From contig CAYPPX010000002.1 in NCBI GenBank assembly GCA_964412775.1, forward strand, positions 4,935 through 68,934: DNA of 64,000 bases. Reading direction: 5' to 3'. The position numbers and the translations under genes were made by a program. Under the pieces are notes generated by a model. It searched no databases. It was not told where the DNA came from and saw only the letters and a program-made list of their open reading frames with translations. Shown here piece after piece: positions 17,614-26,832 of this stretch. Position 1 is the stretch's first letter; each line of letters begins with the position of its first letter. This stretch comes from an uncultured Pseudomonadales bacterium (GTDB taxonomy: Bacteria > Patescibacteriota > Microgenomatia > UBA1400 > PJMF01).

Positions 17614-18309
17614 TTAAATAGTTTCTAAGTCAACTTTAATACCTGGACTCATTGAAGCAGATAAAGCTAATCTCAAGGCTTTACCTTGAAGAGGTTTCAT
17701 TAAAGCTTGAATGTTTTCGGCGATAGCCTTGCTATCCATCGAAACTTTACCAATGGTAACATGCATTAATGGAGCTTTTCTTTCGGTTTTAATTAACATC
17801 TTACCAGCAGAAAGTTCTTTAACAGCTCTTTCTGGGTTTGGCGTTAAAGTACCGTTTTTGGGATTTGGCATTAAGCCTTTTGGACCCAAAACACGAGCAA
17901 ATTTAGCTAATTTAGGCATGAAATCTGGTGAACTAACCAAGATATCGAAATCTAAGTTTCCAGCTTCAATTTCCTTTAGGACTGCTTCACTAGCAATTAC
18001 CACTTTTTTGGATTGACCAGTTTGGTGAGGGAGAGTAACTTCGGCAGAAATGCCTTCTTCTCTAACTACCAATTCAGCTGAAATGGTGCCGTCAAAAGTG
18101 GTGTAAGAAAGTTTTTTGACTAACTCAATTGCAGCCATTAAGTCATATTTTTTAGTTTTATCAACTTTTGACTTTACAGAAACATATTTTTTACTGTGAG
18201 TTCTAACCTTAATTTGTTTGGTTGCTTTTTCAGCCTGATCTTCTGGAGATTCGACAACCTTAACTTCGGTTTCTTGGCTAGACATATCTACATTTTTAGT
18301 GGTACCCAT
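17614..18309 (-). CDS. rplA: 50S ribosomal protein L1 (with ~35-aa N-terminal extension)
   Basis: L1 sequence from KKYDLMAAIELVKKL onward; follows rplK as in the conserved rplKA operon. Confidence 0.9.
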   Translation of the reverse strand: MGTTKNVDMSSQETEVKVVESPEDQAEKATKQIKVRTHSKKYVSVKSKVDKTKKYDLMAAIELVKKLSYTTFDGTISAELVVREEGISAEVTLPHQTGQSKKVVIASEAVLKEIEAGNLDFDILVSSPDFMPKLAKFARVLGPKGLMPNPKNGTLTPNPERAVKELSAGKMLIKTERKAPLMHVTIGKVSMDSKAIAENIQALMKPLQGKALRLALSASMSPGIKVDLETI

Positions 18310-18313
18310 ATGC

Positions 18314-18739
18314 TTATTCCTTTACCTGTACACCCATACTGCGAGCAGTTCCCTTAACACTGTTAACAGCACTCTCGAGGTTGTTAGTGTTGAGATCTGG
18401 AAGTTTTTCCTGAGCAATCTCTTTCACTTGATCCATAGTCAAAGTGCCGACAGAGCCTTTACTTGGGGTACTACTGCCTTGTTTAATATTTAAAGCTTTT
18501 TTAATCATGTCTGAAACTGGAGGAAGCTTCAAGACAAAAGTAAATGATTTATCTTGATAAACAGTGATCTCTGCTGGAATAACTTGACCTCTTTTATCCT
18601 TGGTAGCGTCATTATATTGCTTCAAGAAATCCATCATATTAATACCAGTTTGACCAAGAGCTGGACCAACTGGAGGAGCAGGAGTAGCAGCACCACCCTG
18701 CAAATTGAGTTTTAAGACTTGTTGTACTTTTTTTGCCAT
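18314..18739 (-). CDS. rplK: 50S ribosomal protein L11
   Basis: MAKKVQQVLKLNLQGGAATPAPPVGPALGQTGINMMDF is near-canonical L11. Confidence 0.95.
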   Translation of the reverse strand: MAKKVQQVLKLNLQGGAATPAPPVGPALGQTGINMMDFLKQYNDATKDKRGQVIPAEITVYQDKSFTFVLKLPPVSDMIKKALNIKQGSSTPSKGSVGTLTMDQVKEIAQEKLPDLNTNNLESAVNSVKGTARSMGVQVKE

Positions 18740-18784
18740 ATTTTATTTATTCCTTAAACAGACTCGCTATTTTAACACACCGGT

Positions 18785-19417
18785 CTAGACTTTCTGAACT
18801 TGTAAGAAATCCATTTCCACTGGGGTTTCACGACCAAAAATGTTGATTAAGACCTTAACTTGGCCTTTTTCTTCATCGATGGAATCGACTGTACCCAAGA
18901 ATTCAGCGAATGGACCATCAGTAATCTTGACGGCTTCACCTTCAACAAAGTCAGCTTTAAATTGAGGTTCGGCTTGATCCATGTATTTTTGAATAGCTTC
19001 TACTTCATGTCTTGGTAATGGAGTTGGTTTACTACTCATCCCTACAAAGCCTGTGACACCTTGAGTAGTTCTAACTGCTAACCAAGCATCGTCTGTCATT
19101 TCCATTTGGACCAACATATAGCCAGGGAAGATTTTTTCTCTGACAGTTTTGCGTTGGCCACGCTTAATTTGAATTTTTTCTTGACTTGGAATTAACACAG
19201 TTAAGATTTTGTCGGTCAAATGTAAAGTTTGAGCACGTTGTTTAAGTGCCTCAGCAACTTTTTTTTCATGACCTGAGTAAGCATGTACAACATACCAGCG
19301 AGCTTTCTTGTTTTCAGTATCAGAGATACGAACCAAGTTTGGAGATTCTACTTGAACCTCTTGTTCTTCTGGAGGGGTCATGTTTTTCTCATCGATTTGT
19401 TGTGTGTTATCTGTCAT
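18785..19417 (-). CDS. nusG: transcription termination/antitermination factor NusG
   Basis: NGN domain (ARWYVVHAYSGHEKKV) and C-terminal KOW (GEAVKITDGPFAEFLGTV); conserved position after secE. Confidence 0.9.
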   Translation of the reverse strand: MTDNTQQIDEKNMTPPEEQEVQVESPNLVRISDTENKKARWYVVHAYSGHEKKVAEALKQRAQTLHLTDKILTVLIPSQEKIQIKRGQRKTVREKIFPGYMLVQMEMTDDAWLAVRTTQGVTGFVGMSSKPTPLPRHEVEAIQKYMDQAEPQFKADFVEGEAVKITDGPFAEFLGTVDSIDEEKGQVKVLINIFGRETPVEMDFLQVQKV

Positions 19418-19423
19418 ATTTTT

Positions 19424-19606
19424 TTACCTTAATACAATGCCCATTAGCCGAGCAAAAATATAATCTAAACCACCTATATACAAGGCTGCAACCACTGTTA
19501 CCACCACGACTAACAAAGTTTTATTGTAAGTTTGCTCCTTGGTTGGCCAGGAAACCTTCTTGAGTTCTTGGGCAACTTCACGAAAATATTGGAGAAGTCG
19601 TTGCAT
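19424..19606 (-). CDS. secE: preprotein translocase subunit SecE
   Basis: 60 aa; FREVAQELKKVSWPTKEQTYNKTLLVVVVT matches the SecE C-terminal TM region; immediately upstream of nusG. Confidence 0.85.
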   Translation of the reverse strand: MQRLLQYFREVAQELKKVSWPTKEQTYNKTLLVVVVTVVAALYIGGLDYIFARLMGIVLR

Positions 19607-19629
19607 AGACAGAGTATTCTATCAGAAAA

Positions 19630-20046
19630 TTAGTTTTTTTTCAGAGGGAGTTTTGGAAGTGTCAATCTGAATTTTTTCTTTTCTTCTTTTTCCTCTTTTT
19701 CTTTCCACTTTAGATCCATTGATTGACCACCTTCTATTTTCCATCCATTCAAAGAAGTGTAACCAAAGTTAAAAATAGCTTGTGAGACTACGGTTGACAT
19801 TTTTCTTCCCAAAAAACCATGGAAAATAGGATTACTAGTTTGGCTTAAAACAATCGAAATAAAATCACCATCCTGTGGTTTTTCAATTTTGAGTATTATT
19901 TTTTTATTTGATCGTTCTATATTTATTTCAACCTCATTTCTAGCACTGATTATGGAAAAAGTAGTCAACTCAGGTTGAAATGGTTCTGGCAACTCTATTT
20001 CAATATTCTCTTTAAAGGTTTCTTGTTCATGGTTTGGTTCTTGCAC
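19630..20046 (-). CDS. hypothetical protein (138 aa)
   Basis: ORF upstream of secE on the same strand; lysine/glutamate-rich C-terminus; no family recognised. Confidence 0.4.
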   Translation of the reverse strand: MQEPNHEQETFKENIEIELPEPFQPELTTFSIISARNEVEINIERSNKKIILKIEKPQDGDFISIVLSQTSNPIFHGFLGRKMSTVVSQAIFNFGYTSLNGWKIEGGQSMDLKWKEKEEKEEKKKFRLTLPKLPLKKN

Positions 20047-20189
20047 AGTTATATATTTTAATTGTTTTTTTGAAGAATAGGCGAAAGATTTTTAGCTATG
20101 TAGTATACTGTCATTATCTCTTTCGTCTATGAAAGAGTTTTTCTTCTGGTACAGAAGAACAGTAAAAAGCTAATAAAAGGATTTTAATA

Positions 20190-21107
20190 ATGCTTTCAGC
20201 CAACAAAAGAGTGCGTAAGGCAATCATTACTGATGCTGGTTTTGCCAGTAGATATTTGCCAATTACCAAGACTGTTCCCAAAGCAATGTTGCCTCTAGGC
20301 AATCGTCCAATTATGCAAATTGTGATTGAAGAATGTGTCGAGGCTGGTATCGAAGAAATCATTATTGTGGCTACCCCAGAGGGTAAGCCAATTTATGAAG
20401 ATTACTTCAATAACAATGTAAACAGAATCAGAAAACAACTTGCCGCTCAAGGTAAAGAAGATCGTTATGCTTCTGTTCAGGAGGTCTTAGATTTTCCCAA
20501 AATTACGGTAATTACTCAGGATCCAAGTTTGCCTTATGGTAATGGCTCACCAATTGCATCTGCTCGAGCTTTTGTTGAAGGTGAAGAAGCTTTCTTGGCA
20601 ATGTACAGTGATGATGTGGTGTTTGGTAAGCCAGGTTCTGCCAAGACTTTGGTTGATACCTATGAACAACACGAAAAGGTTGATGCAGTCATTATGGTCG
20701 AGGATTTACCAAGAGATCAGATCAGCAAGTATGCTGCTGTTTCTCTAAAAGATGGCGAATATCAGGATAACCAGGAAAATATTTTAGTAGGAATTGTTGA
20801 AAAACCCAAGTCAGAAGAAGCACCAACGACTTTAGCTTCCTATGGTCGCTACCTACTGACACCAAAGATTTTTAAATATTTGGATGCTAGTAACACGGGC
20901 AAAGATGGTGAGTTGTGGACAGCTGATGCTATTGGCAATCTAAATAAAGATGGTGGCAAGGTTTTGGTGGCCAAAAACTCAACTAAATGGATGACTACCG
21001 GTGATCCAGAAAATTATTTCAAAGCTCATTTGCAATACGTACTAAGTTTTGAAGATTATGGTGCCAAGGTTGCTGACTGGTTGAAAGAGTTGACTACTAG
21101 TAGGTAA
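20190..21107 (+). CDS. galU: UTP--glucose-1-phosphate uridylyltransferase
   Basis: KAIITDAGFASRYLPITKTVPKAMLPLGNRPIMQIVIEE matches the GalU N-terminal nucleotide-binding signature. Confidence 0.8.
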   Translation: MLSANKRVRKAIITDAGFASRYLPITKTVPKAMLPLGNRPIMQIVIEECVEAGIEEIIIVATPEGKPIYEDYFNNNVNRIRKQLAAQGKEDRYASVQEVLDFPKITVITQDPSLPYGNGSPIASARAFVEGEEAFLAMYSDDVVFGKPGSAKTLVDTYEQHEKVDAVIMVEDLPRDQISKYAAVSLKDGEYQDNQENILVGIVEKPKSEEAPTTLASYGRYLLTPKIFKYLDASNTGKDGELWTADAIGNLNKDGGKVLVAKNSTKWMTTGDPENYFKAHLQYVLSFEDYGAKVADWLKELTTSR

Positions 21108-21125
21108 AATAGAGTAGAGAATTTG

Positions 21126-21164
21126 AACCACCCCGAAGATTTAGTCGGATGGGGTGGTTTTTTT
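21126..21164 (+). terminator. intrinsic terminator after galU
   Basis: AACCACCCC-(16 nt)-GGGGTGGTT 9-bp stem followed by TTTTTTT. Confidence 0.6.
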
Positions 21165-21235
21165 GTATTTACCTCTGGAATTGCGGTTGTTGTCAGTTAG
21201 TTTTTGTAGTATCTTAATTAATAGAACTTTAACAG

Positions 21236-21372
21236 TTTTGCGGGAGGGGCGAGAACCAAAAATTTCTCAACAGCTTGATTAAGGGCTTATGAGGCGTACT
21301 AATGCTCCGTGGAGTATTAGTCACTCTGCCCACCTGGAATTTTCCGGGGAAAATCGTTCTCCCCCTCGCGCT
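21236..21372. ncRNA. candidate structured RNA of unknown class
   Basis: GGGAGGGGCGAGAAC (5') pairs with GTTCTCCCCCTCGC (3') as a ~15-bp closing helix. It encloses a hairpin (GTACTAAT-GCTCCGTGGAG-TATTAGT) and a hairpin ATTTTC-CGGG-GAAAAT. It sits upstream of the tRNA promoter, no ORF. Could not be matched to SRP/tmRNA/RNase P/6S motifs by eye. Confidence 0.25.
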
Positions 21373-21459
21373 AAGCTGTTAAGTTTAGAAAACTTTCCCT
21401 ATTACTAAAAGATTTTTTGCTTATAAAGACCAATTTAATGCTAGTTTTTAAGTTCTTAC

Positions 21460-21487
21460 TTGTCCCTTTTACGTTTATTCATATAAT
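21460..21487 (+). promoter_or_regulatory. candidate promoter of the tRNA-Thr/Tyr/Thr-rpmG transcription unit
   Basis: TTGTCC, 16-nt spacer, TATAAT; ~50 nt upstream of the first tRNA. Confidence 0.4.
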
Positions 21488-21540
21488 ATACAAATCTATT
21501 CGAGTGTTTTTTGAGGTACAATATATCTCTCTAAACAGAT

Positions 21541-21616
21541 GCCTTTGTAGCTCAGGTGGCAGAGCGCAGTCTTGGTAAGACTGAGGTCTCGGGTTCGAAC
21601 CCCGACAAAGGCTCCT
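21541..21616 (+). tRNA. tRNA-Thr (anticodon GGT)
   Basis: Cloverleaf with acceptor GCCTTTG/CAAAGGC, anticodon loop TTGGTAA, T-arm GGGTTCGAACCCC. Confidence 0.9.
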
Positions 21617-21624
21617 AAAATTAT

Positions 21625-21707
21625 GCCAAGGTACTGAAGTGGTCAAACAGGGCAGTCTGTAAAACTGCTGGCTTTCGCCTTCGTAGGTTCGAATCCTTCC
21701 CTTGGCA
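21625..21707 (+). tRNA. tRNA-Tyr (anticodon GTA), type II with long variable arm
   Basis: Acceptor GCCAAGG/CCTTGGC, anticodon loop CTGTAAA, variable stem-loop GGC-TTTC-GCC, T-loop TTCGAAT. Confidence 0.85.
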
Positions 21708-21758
21708 CATTATGCTTAGAAATCGCTTTTAGCGATTTTTTAGTGTAATAGATCTACC

Positions 21759-21831
21759 GCCAACTTAGCTCAGTTGGTAGAGCAACGGTTTTGTAAACCG
21801 TAGGTCGTGGGTTCAAGTCCCACAGTTGGCT
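21759..21831 (+). tRNA. tRNA-Thr (anticodon TGT)
   Basis: Acceptor GCCAACT/AGTTGGC, anticodon loop TTTGTAA, T-arm GTGGGTTCAAGTCCCAC. Confidence 0.9.
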
Positions 21832-21881
21832 CAGCAGTAAGGTGTGATATAATACCTGCCTAGCAAATTCAGAGGAGAGAT

Positions 21882-22085
21882 ATGGCAAAAAAGAAAAAAG
21901 GACCAAGACAAATCGCAGGCTTGCAATGTACAGTCTGTAAACATTTTGGTTACGTAACCGAATATAACAAAAATAATGACATCTTGAAAAAACAAGCCGA
22001 GGGAGAGGGGACTTTCCCAATCAGTAAGTATTGTAATGTTTGTAAAAAACACACTGATCACAAGATGATGAAGAAACTTAAATAA
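21882..22085 (+). CDS. rpmG: 50S ribosomal protein L33
   Basis: 67 aa, two CxxC pairs (CTVC...CNVCKKHTDHK), strong SD agaggag upstream. Confidence 0.85.
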   Translation: MAKKKKGPRQIAGLQCTVCKHFGYVTEYNKNNDILKKQAEGEGTFPISKYCNVCKKHTDHKMMKKLK

Positions 22086-22106
22086 AAGTTTTTAGTTGTA
22101 ACTAAG

Positions 22107-22132
22107 AAACCCCGCTGTTCAGCGGGGTTTTT
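22107..22132. terminator. bidirectional intrinsic terminator
   Basis: AAA-CCCCGCT-gttc-AGCGGGG-TTTTT between convergent rpmG and the glycosyltransferase gene. Confidence 0.6.
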
Positions 22133-22211
22133 GGTTCTAGTGACTAATTTTTAATGGAGAAGCCCAAATCTTGTTTAACTCCTCAGTTTCCAAGTCAAAA
22201 GCAACACACTA

Positions 22212-23603
22212 TTATTTAGTTAGTTTTTCAACGGCTTTAATAATGTTTTTGGCGCCAACTCTAAAATATTTATCTTGTTTCTCGATAGTACGAGCGACAT
22301 GTTGAGCTTGCTGTAACCAGGCTGTTTTTTGTGGAGTTGAGTGAGTAAGCTTGGTCAGTTGCTCAAGGATATGTTCCACATCAGCTTCCATAGAAACTCC
22401 ATGTTCTTCAAACTTGATTCTAATGTTGTGTTCCCACTCACCCCATTCAGCCAAGGTCAACAAAGCAGCCCCACTAGCAATGGCATCATAAGCCATATCA
22501 CCAGAAGGCTTAGAGATAAACAAGTCTGCCCAAGGGAAACCATAAGCAATTAGTAACTCATTGGCATCGATGATTTGGGGGTGATAAATAACTTTGAGTG
22601 CTTGGTGGTGGTGTTTATGAAATCCTGGTTTCAACATCACTTTTTTACCAATCTCGAACTGGGCGGGGTCAACTGGGTTGATTTCTACGTAGTCTAGTTG
22701 TTCGTTTCTAGCTAAATCAATTACCATATCCTTAATATCGACTTGGGTGCCAGCATAAACTAGGACTTCAAACTTAGGCTGAGATTTTTTAAGTTCAGGT
22801 AAAAGTTGCTGAAGGATTTGTTTAATTTCTGGTTTATTTGTGCCTAAACCACCAGTGGTCAGACAGATCCTCACTGGGCGGTTAGTTCGCCAAGGAGATT
22901 TATGATCTCTAGCCTCCAAAACCCGTGGATCAATCGGTGGTCCGGTGACCACCACTCGGTTTGAATCAACAGTTTTACCTAGTTTGGTGGCTTTATCAAA
23001 AAATTCTTGTTTAGTTTTTTCATCAAAGACACCATAGTAAGCCTGATCTTTTTCACTATTAGCCAAGTAATCTTCTCTAACGTGAGGGTCAGTAATCATC
23101 TGAAAAACAGTATGGTTTTTTTCTAACAAAATATTACCGGCTGCAATGTGAAAAGAGAGAATTGGCTTTTTAATGTCTTTGGTTAAGGTTAAGAGTGGTT
23201 GAGTAATACTCTCAAGAATTGGTAGTTTTTGGCGCCCAAATTTATCAACAATATCTTTAAGTTGCTTCAACATTGGGTACCTGGCCAGGATTTTACCAAT
23301 AGTCTCGGTAATAATAATCGTTTTCCAGTTTTTGTTGCTGACATAATTGGTTGGATCCACTAACCAAAGTTTTTGGGGATCTAGTTTGTTTTTCCAGGCT
23401 TCAACGGCAATTCCAATCGCCATCGAGTAGTGGGCTCTAGACAAAACTACATCTCTAGTTAAGTCATTTTCAGTTAAGTGATGCAGGCCTTTGAGGTCTT
23501 CTCGGTAGGTTCCAGAGACCGTGACCAATGGAATCATTGTTTTATTGAGGTATTTTTGGTCTAGTTTTTTAGTTTGACGAAGGGTTTTGTGGAGAATGGG
23601 CAT
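22212..23603 (-). CDS. GT28-like (MurG/MGDG-synthase-like) glycosyltransferase
   Basis: C-terminal DLFISKPSGDMAYDAIASGAALLTLAEWGEWEHNIRIKFEEHG resembles the Glyco_tran_28 C-terminal donor-binding block; 463 aa. Confidence 0.5.
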   Translation of the reverse strand: MPILHKTLRQTKKLDQKYLNKTMIPLVTVSGTYREDLKGLHHLTENDLTRDVVLSRAHYSMAIGIAVEAWKNKLDPQKLWLVDPTNYVSNKNWKTIIITETIGKILARYPMLKQLKDIVDKFGRQKLPILESITQPLLTLTKDIKKPILSFHIAAGNILLEKNHTVFQMITDPHVREDYLANSEKDQAYYGVFDEKTKQEFFDKATKLGKTVDSNRVVVTGPPIDPRVLEARDHKSPWRTNRPVRICLTTGGLGTNKPEIKQILQQLLPELKKSQPKFEVLVYAGTQVDIKDMVIDLARNEQLDYVEINPVDPAQFEIGKKVMLKPGFHKHHHQALKVIYHPQIIDANELLIAYGFPWADLFISKPSGDMAYDAIASGAALLTLAEWGEWEHNIRIKFEEHGVSMEADVEHILEQLTKLTHSTPQKTAWLQQAQHVARTIEKQDKYFRVGAKNIIKAVEKLTK

Positions 23604-23709
23604 ATTAATAGACTAGAGGGTTTTTGCTAATCAGACAAGAGTTAGCTATAGTCTTGAGATAAGTTTCTGCTGAATACTGATAATTTTCGGTTATAATAGT
23701 GATCTACTT

Positions 23710-23783
23710 AGGGCTATGATGTAGCTGGTAGCATGAAGGTCTCCAAAACCTTTCGCCGGGGTTCAAATCCTCGTGGCCCTGCA
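23710..23783 (+). tRNA. tRNA-Trp (anticodon CCA)
   Basis: Acceptor AGGGCTA/TGGCCCT (one G:U), anticodon stem AAGGT/ACCTT with loop CTCCAAA, T-loop TTCAAAT. Confidence 0.85.
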
Positions 23784-23790
23784 ATAAACA

Positions 23791-23814
23791 AATCCAGCTT
23801 TGCTGGATTTTTTT
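23791..23814 (+). terminator. intrinsic terminator after tRNA-Trp
   Basis: AATCCAGC-ttt-GCTGGATT followed by TTTTT. Confidence 0.55.
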
Positions 23815-23941
23815 ATTGCTAGAGTCGAACTAGGTGAGAAGCGACACGAAGTGAAGTCGGTTCTGCCTGCAAGCAAGCTAAATGCTTTTATTCATGAAAA
23901 ATTAGACATTTTGTTGTTGTAGAATAGATTTAGAATATTTT

Positions 23942-24304
23942 TTGGACATCAGGCTGATTATGGGTGAAATAAATTTACATGACATTGGCATAGCAGTAGG
24001 AGCTAAGAAAAAGTTTGATAAAATTGTTGAAAGAGCCGAACAAGGAGTCGGGGTAAATGAACTCTTTCCTGGTGAAGGCAAAAAAATTGAGGCTCCTTCA
24101 ACCAATCAGCTGATTAATGCTCTAGTTCAGAGAATAGAACAATATGAAAAAGATAAAACTTGGAATCAGGTTGAGTTTGACGGGACGAAGACAATAATTG
24201 AAAAAAAACTCGCTGTTCCCACTGGTTTAACCACGACAGACATTGAAGTATTACACCAACTTCAACAACGAATTAATTTGCTTTCAGCCTCACCAGCCCC
24301 ATAA
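23942..24304 (+). CDS. hypothetical protein (120 aa)
   Basis: ORF; no family recognised. Confidence 0.4.
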   Translation: MDIRLIMGEINLHDIGIAVGAKKKFDKIVERAEQGVGVNELFPGEGKKIEAPSTNQLINALVQRIEQYEKDKTWNQVEFDGTKTIIEKKLAVPTGLTTTDIEVLHQLQQRINLLSASPAP

Positions 24305-24318
24305 TGTTTTAAATTTTT

Positions 24319-24678
24319 TTGTATTTTTATTACACTTTACCCATGAAGATAACTCATCTTTCAGATAAACCACTAACAACTACAGCCCATAAACAAGAAA
24401 TTTGGAAAAAAGTCTTGATTGGTGGTGGAGAAGTACCTCACCTTACTCAATATGCAGTTGCTAAACTTAAACCTGGACAAGTGGTTGAAGAGCACTCCCA
24501 CAGTGACATGTATGAAGTGTTTTTTGTGGTTAGTGGCAGTGGAAAAATAGTTGTAAATGGGGAAGAGCAGTCGATATCAACGGGAACAGTTTTTACTATG
24601 GAGCCAAATGACGTTCACTGTGTTGAAAATATTGGTAGGGAAGACTTGGTTTTACAGTATTTTGGAGTTTTAAAGTAA
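24319..24678 (+). CDS. cupin-domain protein
   Basis: HSHSDMYEVFFVVSGSGKIVVNGEE...PNDVHCVEN fits the two-motif cupin signature. Confidence 0.55.
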   Translation: MYFYYTLPMKITHLSDKPLTTTAHKQEIWKKVLIGGGEVPHLTQYAVAKLKPGQVVEEHSHSDMYEVFFVVSGSGKIVVNGEEQSISTGTVFTMEPNDVHCVENIGREDLVLQYFGVLK

Positions 24679-24685
24679 GTTGAAA

Positions 24686-25279
24686 CTAATCTAGTTTGCC
24701 TTCTTGAACTATTTCTGCCAACTCTTTTCTTTGGTTTGGTATCTCTTGTTTGTGCATTCTTTCTGGAATTTGATTGAGGTCACCAGGTTTACCAATAGCA
24801 ATCATGGCAATGGTTTTATAACTATCAGGTAAGTTAAGCTCTTCAGCAGCCTTTTCTCGATCAAAGCCACCAATACCGTGAGCAATTAGTCCTTGATTTG
24901 TTGCCTCTAAAGCTAGGTTTTGCCAGGCTGCTCCAGCATCAAATTCCGCAGTTTTGGATACACCCTTTTCATTAACTATTTGAGTAGTTACGACGACCAA
25001 AACTGCCGCATTTTTTGTCCAGATTTGGTTAAACTCACTTAGAAAACTAAAGTAAGTTGCCCAGTATTTAGTTTCTTTGTGGGCATAAAAAAACTTCCAC
25101 GGCTGGAGGTTACTGGCAGACGGAGCCCAGCGAGCAGCTTCAAATAAGGATAGTAATTGCTCGTGACTAATCAATTCGCCACTCATTGCTCTAGGTGAAA
25201 AGCGACTATAAATGAGTGGATTAATAGAGTAATTAGGTTGGCGATATTTTTTAATGTTGATTGGAGGATTAAATAACAC
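24686..25279 (-). CDS. nitroreductase-family protein
   Basis: LLSLFEAARWAPSASNLQPWKFFY is the classic nitroreductase N-terminal signature. Confidence 0.7.
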   Translation of the reverse strand: MLFNPPINIKKYRQPNYSINPLIYSRFSPRAMSGELISHEQLLSLFEAARWAPSASNLQPWKFFYAHKETKYWATYFSFLSEFNQIWTKNAAVLVVVTTQIVNEKGVSKTAEFDAGAAWQNLALEATNQGLIAHGIGGFDREKAAEELNLPDSYKTIAMIAIGKPGDLNQIPERMHKQEIPNQRKELAEIVQEGKLD

Positions 25280-25326
25280 AAACTTATTTTAACATTTTGT
25301 TCTAGCTTGAGTTTTTTAGTATTTTT

Positions 25327-25941
25327 TTACAAAGTAGTTACTAAAACAGGTCCACTGGGTGTATTAATTTCTTCACTTGAGTCTGCATAAGTTTTACCTT
25401 CACTAAATAAAACTGGAGCATTAGTTCTGGATTTCTCTGCTGGGTTTCCACCAGTTATATAAGCCTCAACTTTTCTAATACCATTTTCCCTAAAAGCTTC
25501 AGCTAATAGACTAAAAGCTATTTTCATTAAACCCAGACCACCATAGATTTCTTTGCCATTAGTGGCAATATAGCCCTTGTCAGTAATAAAAGCAGTTGGT
25601 TCGTTTGAGGTTTTACCTTTAGTTAAGGTGTAACTAATGCCAGCAATTTCTTCTTTTTTATTTCTGTCTGATTCAGGTAAAGAAATAACTAGATAACCAC
25701 CTCTTAAATCAGGATTTTTGTTAGCAAAGTTTTCCTCTAAGTTAAAAACAAATCTATGTGTTTCTTGGTTGCCATCTCGGTCAATTGAAAATGGTAAAGT
25801 TATTCCTGTTTCTGAACTTAGCATTGCTACCAGTTTTTTTCTTTTTTGTTCAATATCCTCTTCAGTGGAGTCTTTAACTTCAAGGTTTTGTTTGATAGTT
25901 CTACCTTCTGCTGATTTTATTTGGGAATAGTTTAATTCCAT
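25327..25941 (-). CDS. hypothetical protein (204 aa), possible acetyltransferase-like fold
   Basis: ORF; weak GLGLMKIAFSLLAEAF motif; otherwise unrecognised. Confidence 0.35.
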   Translation of the reverse strand: MELNYSQIKSAEGRTIKQNLEVKDSTEEDIEQKRKKLVAMLSSETGITLPFSIDRDGNQETHRFVFNLEENFANKNPDLRGGYLVISLPESDRNKKEEIAGISYTLTKGKTSNEPTAFITDKGYIATNGKEIYGGLGLMKIAFSLLAEAFRENGIRKVEAYITGGNPAEKSRTNAPVLFSEGKTYADSSEEINTPSGPVLVTTL

Positions 25942-26011
25942 AAGTAAAAATTAATGACTAATAATTAGTATTAGCCTAGATCGATTTAGTTAATATAACA
26001 AGTTATAGCTT

Positions 26012-26779
26012 TTAATTAAAAAAGCTTTGGTAAAGTTGGGTGGTTGAGGGTTTATCAAAGTCCGGTACTATTACCACTTTACTTCTTTTGTTTTTTTCTT
26101 CTCGATAAGGGTCTCTTTCACTGACAACAATAAAGGCTTCACTTCGAGTAATTTGTCGGTATAAGTTTTGATAAAAAGTTTCTTTTGCTTGCTTACTATC
26201 TGAAATGGGTCTGGGGATTTCAAAAATAAAGCCATTATCACTCAACTTTTTGGACCATAAAGAAATTGGTACAATTGTATCCGTTAATGATCCCCGACCT
26301 TTAGAGTTTTCTTCAGGGTAAGTAGCTGGTTCAATCCCTAAAATAATCTTCATTTTTTGCTTATTTATTAGAAAACTAGCAACTTCAAAATGAGCCTCAG
26401 TTAATTCAAGTCCTCCTGTCCAATAGGCTACTTTTTCACCTTCATTAAGCCATTGCTCACATTTTTCTTGCGCTTGTTCCAAAGAACCGACATTTTCAAC
26501 CTCTGTTACCAGATCTGCCCAGACCCAGGGTAGGGGGATTTTATCTGCTGTTTTTAACTCTGAAAATTGCTCTAGCAGCCAGTTAGCATGCTGGTTAATT
26601 AAACTTCCTGGTGGGCTGAACCTAATTAGTTTTATTAAATAATCTTTAAGTACTTTGTCAGCTAAAATTTTACCAAGTGATAGATCATAGATATTAGCCT
26701 CTTGAACCATTGGTGTACTGAGCATATTTAGCTCAAATTGTTTTATACCCATACATACTGATTTTATTTTACTTGTCAA
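26012..26779 (-). CDS. hypothetical protein (255 aa)
   Basis: ORF; no family recognised. Confidence 0.4.
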   Translation of the reverse strand: MTSKIKSVCMGIKQFELNMLSTPMVQEANIYDLSLGKILADKVLKDYLIKLIRFSPPGSLINQHANWLLEQFSELKTADKIPLPWVWADLVTEVENVGSLEQAQEKCEQWLNEGEKVAYWTGGLELTEAHFEVASFLINKQKMKIILGIEPATYPEENSKGRGSLTDTIVPISLWSKKLSDNGFIFEIPRPISDSKQAKETFYQNLYRQITRSEAFIVVSERDPYREEKNKRSKVVIVPDFDKPSTTQLYQSFFN

Positions 26780-26832
26780 ATATTGTTTAACTTTGCTAGG
26801 CTATAACTATTAAATTTACTTAAAAGTAATCA

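Noticed and set aside
17711-18493. ORF-track ORFs 17711..18016(+) and 18299..18493(+)
   Set aside because: Antisense to rplA and rplK; shadow ORFs.
21236-21372. Assigning the structured element to SRP RNA, tmRNA, RNase P RNA or 6S RNA
   Set aside because: I could not find the SRP domain IV motif, the tmRNA tRNA-like ends or resume codon, or the RNase P conserved regions by inspection. It is left as class unknown.
21754-22061. ORF-track ORFs 21754..22020(-) and 21831..22061(-)
   Set aside because: They overlap tRNA-Thr(TGT) and are antisense to rpmG, which has a strong SD and a canonical L33 sequence.
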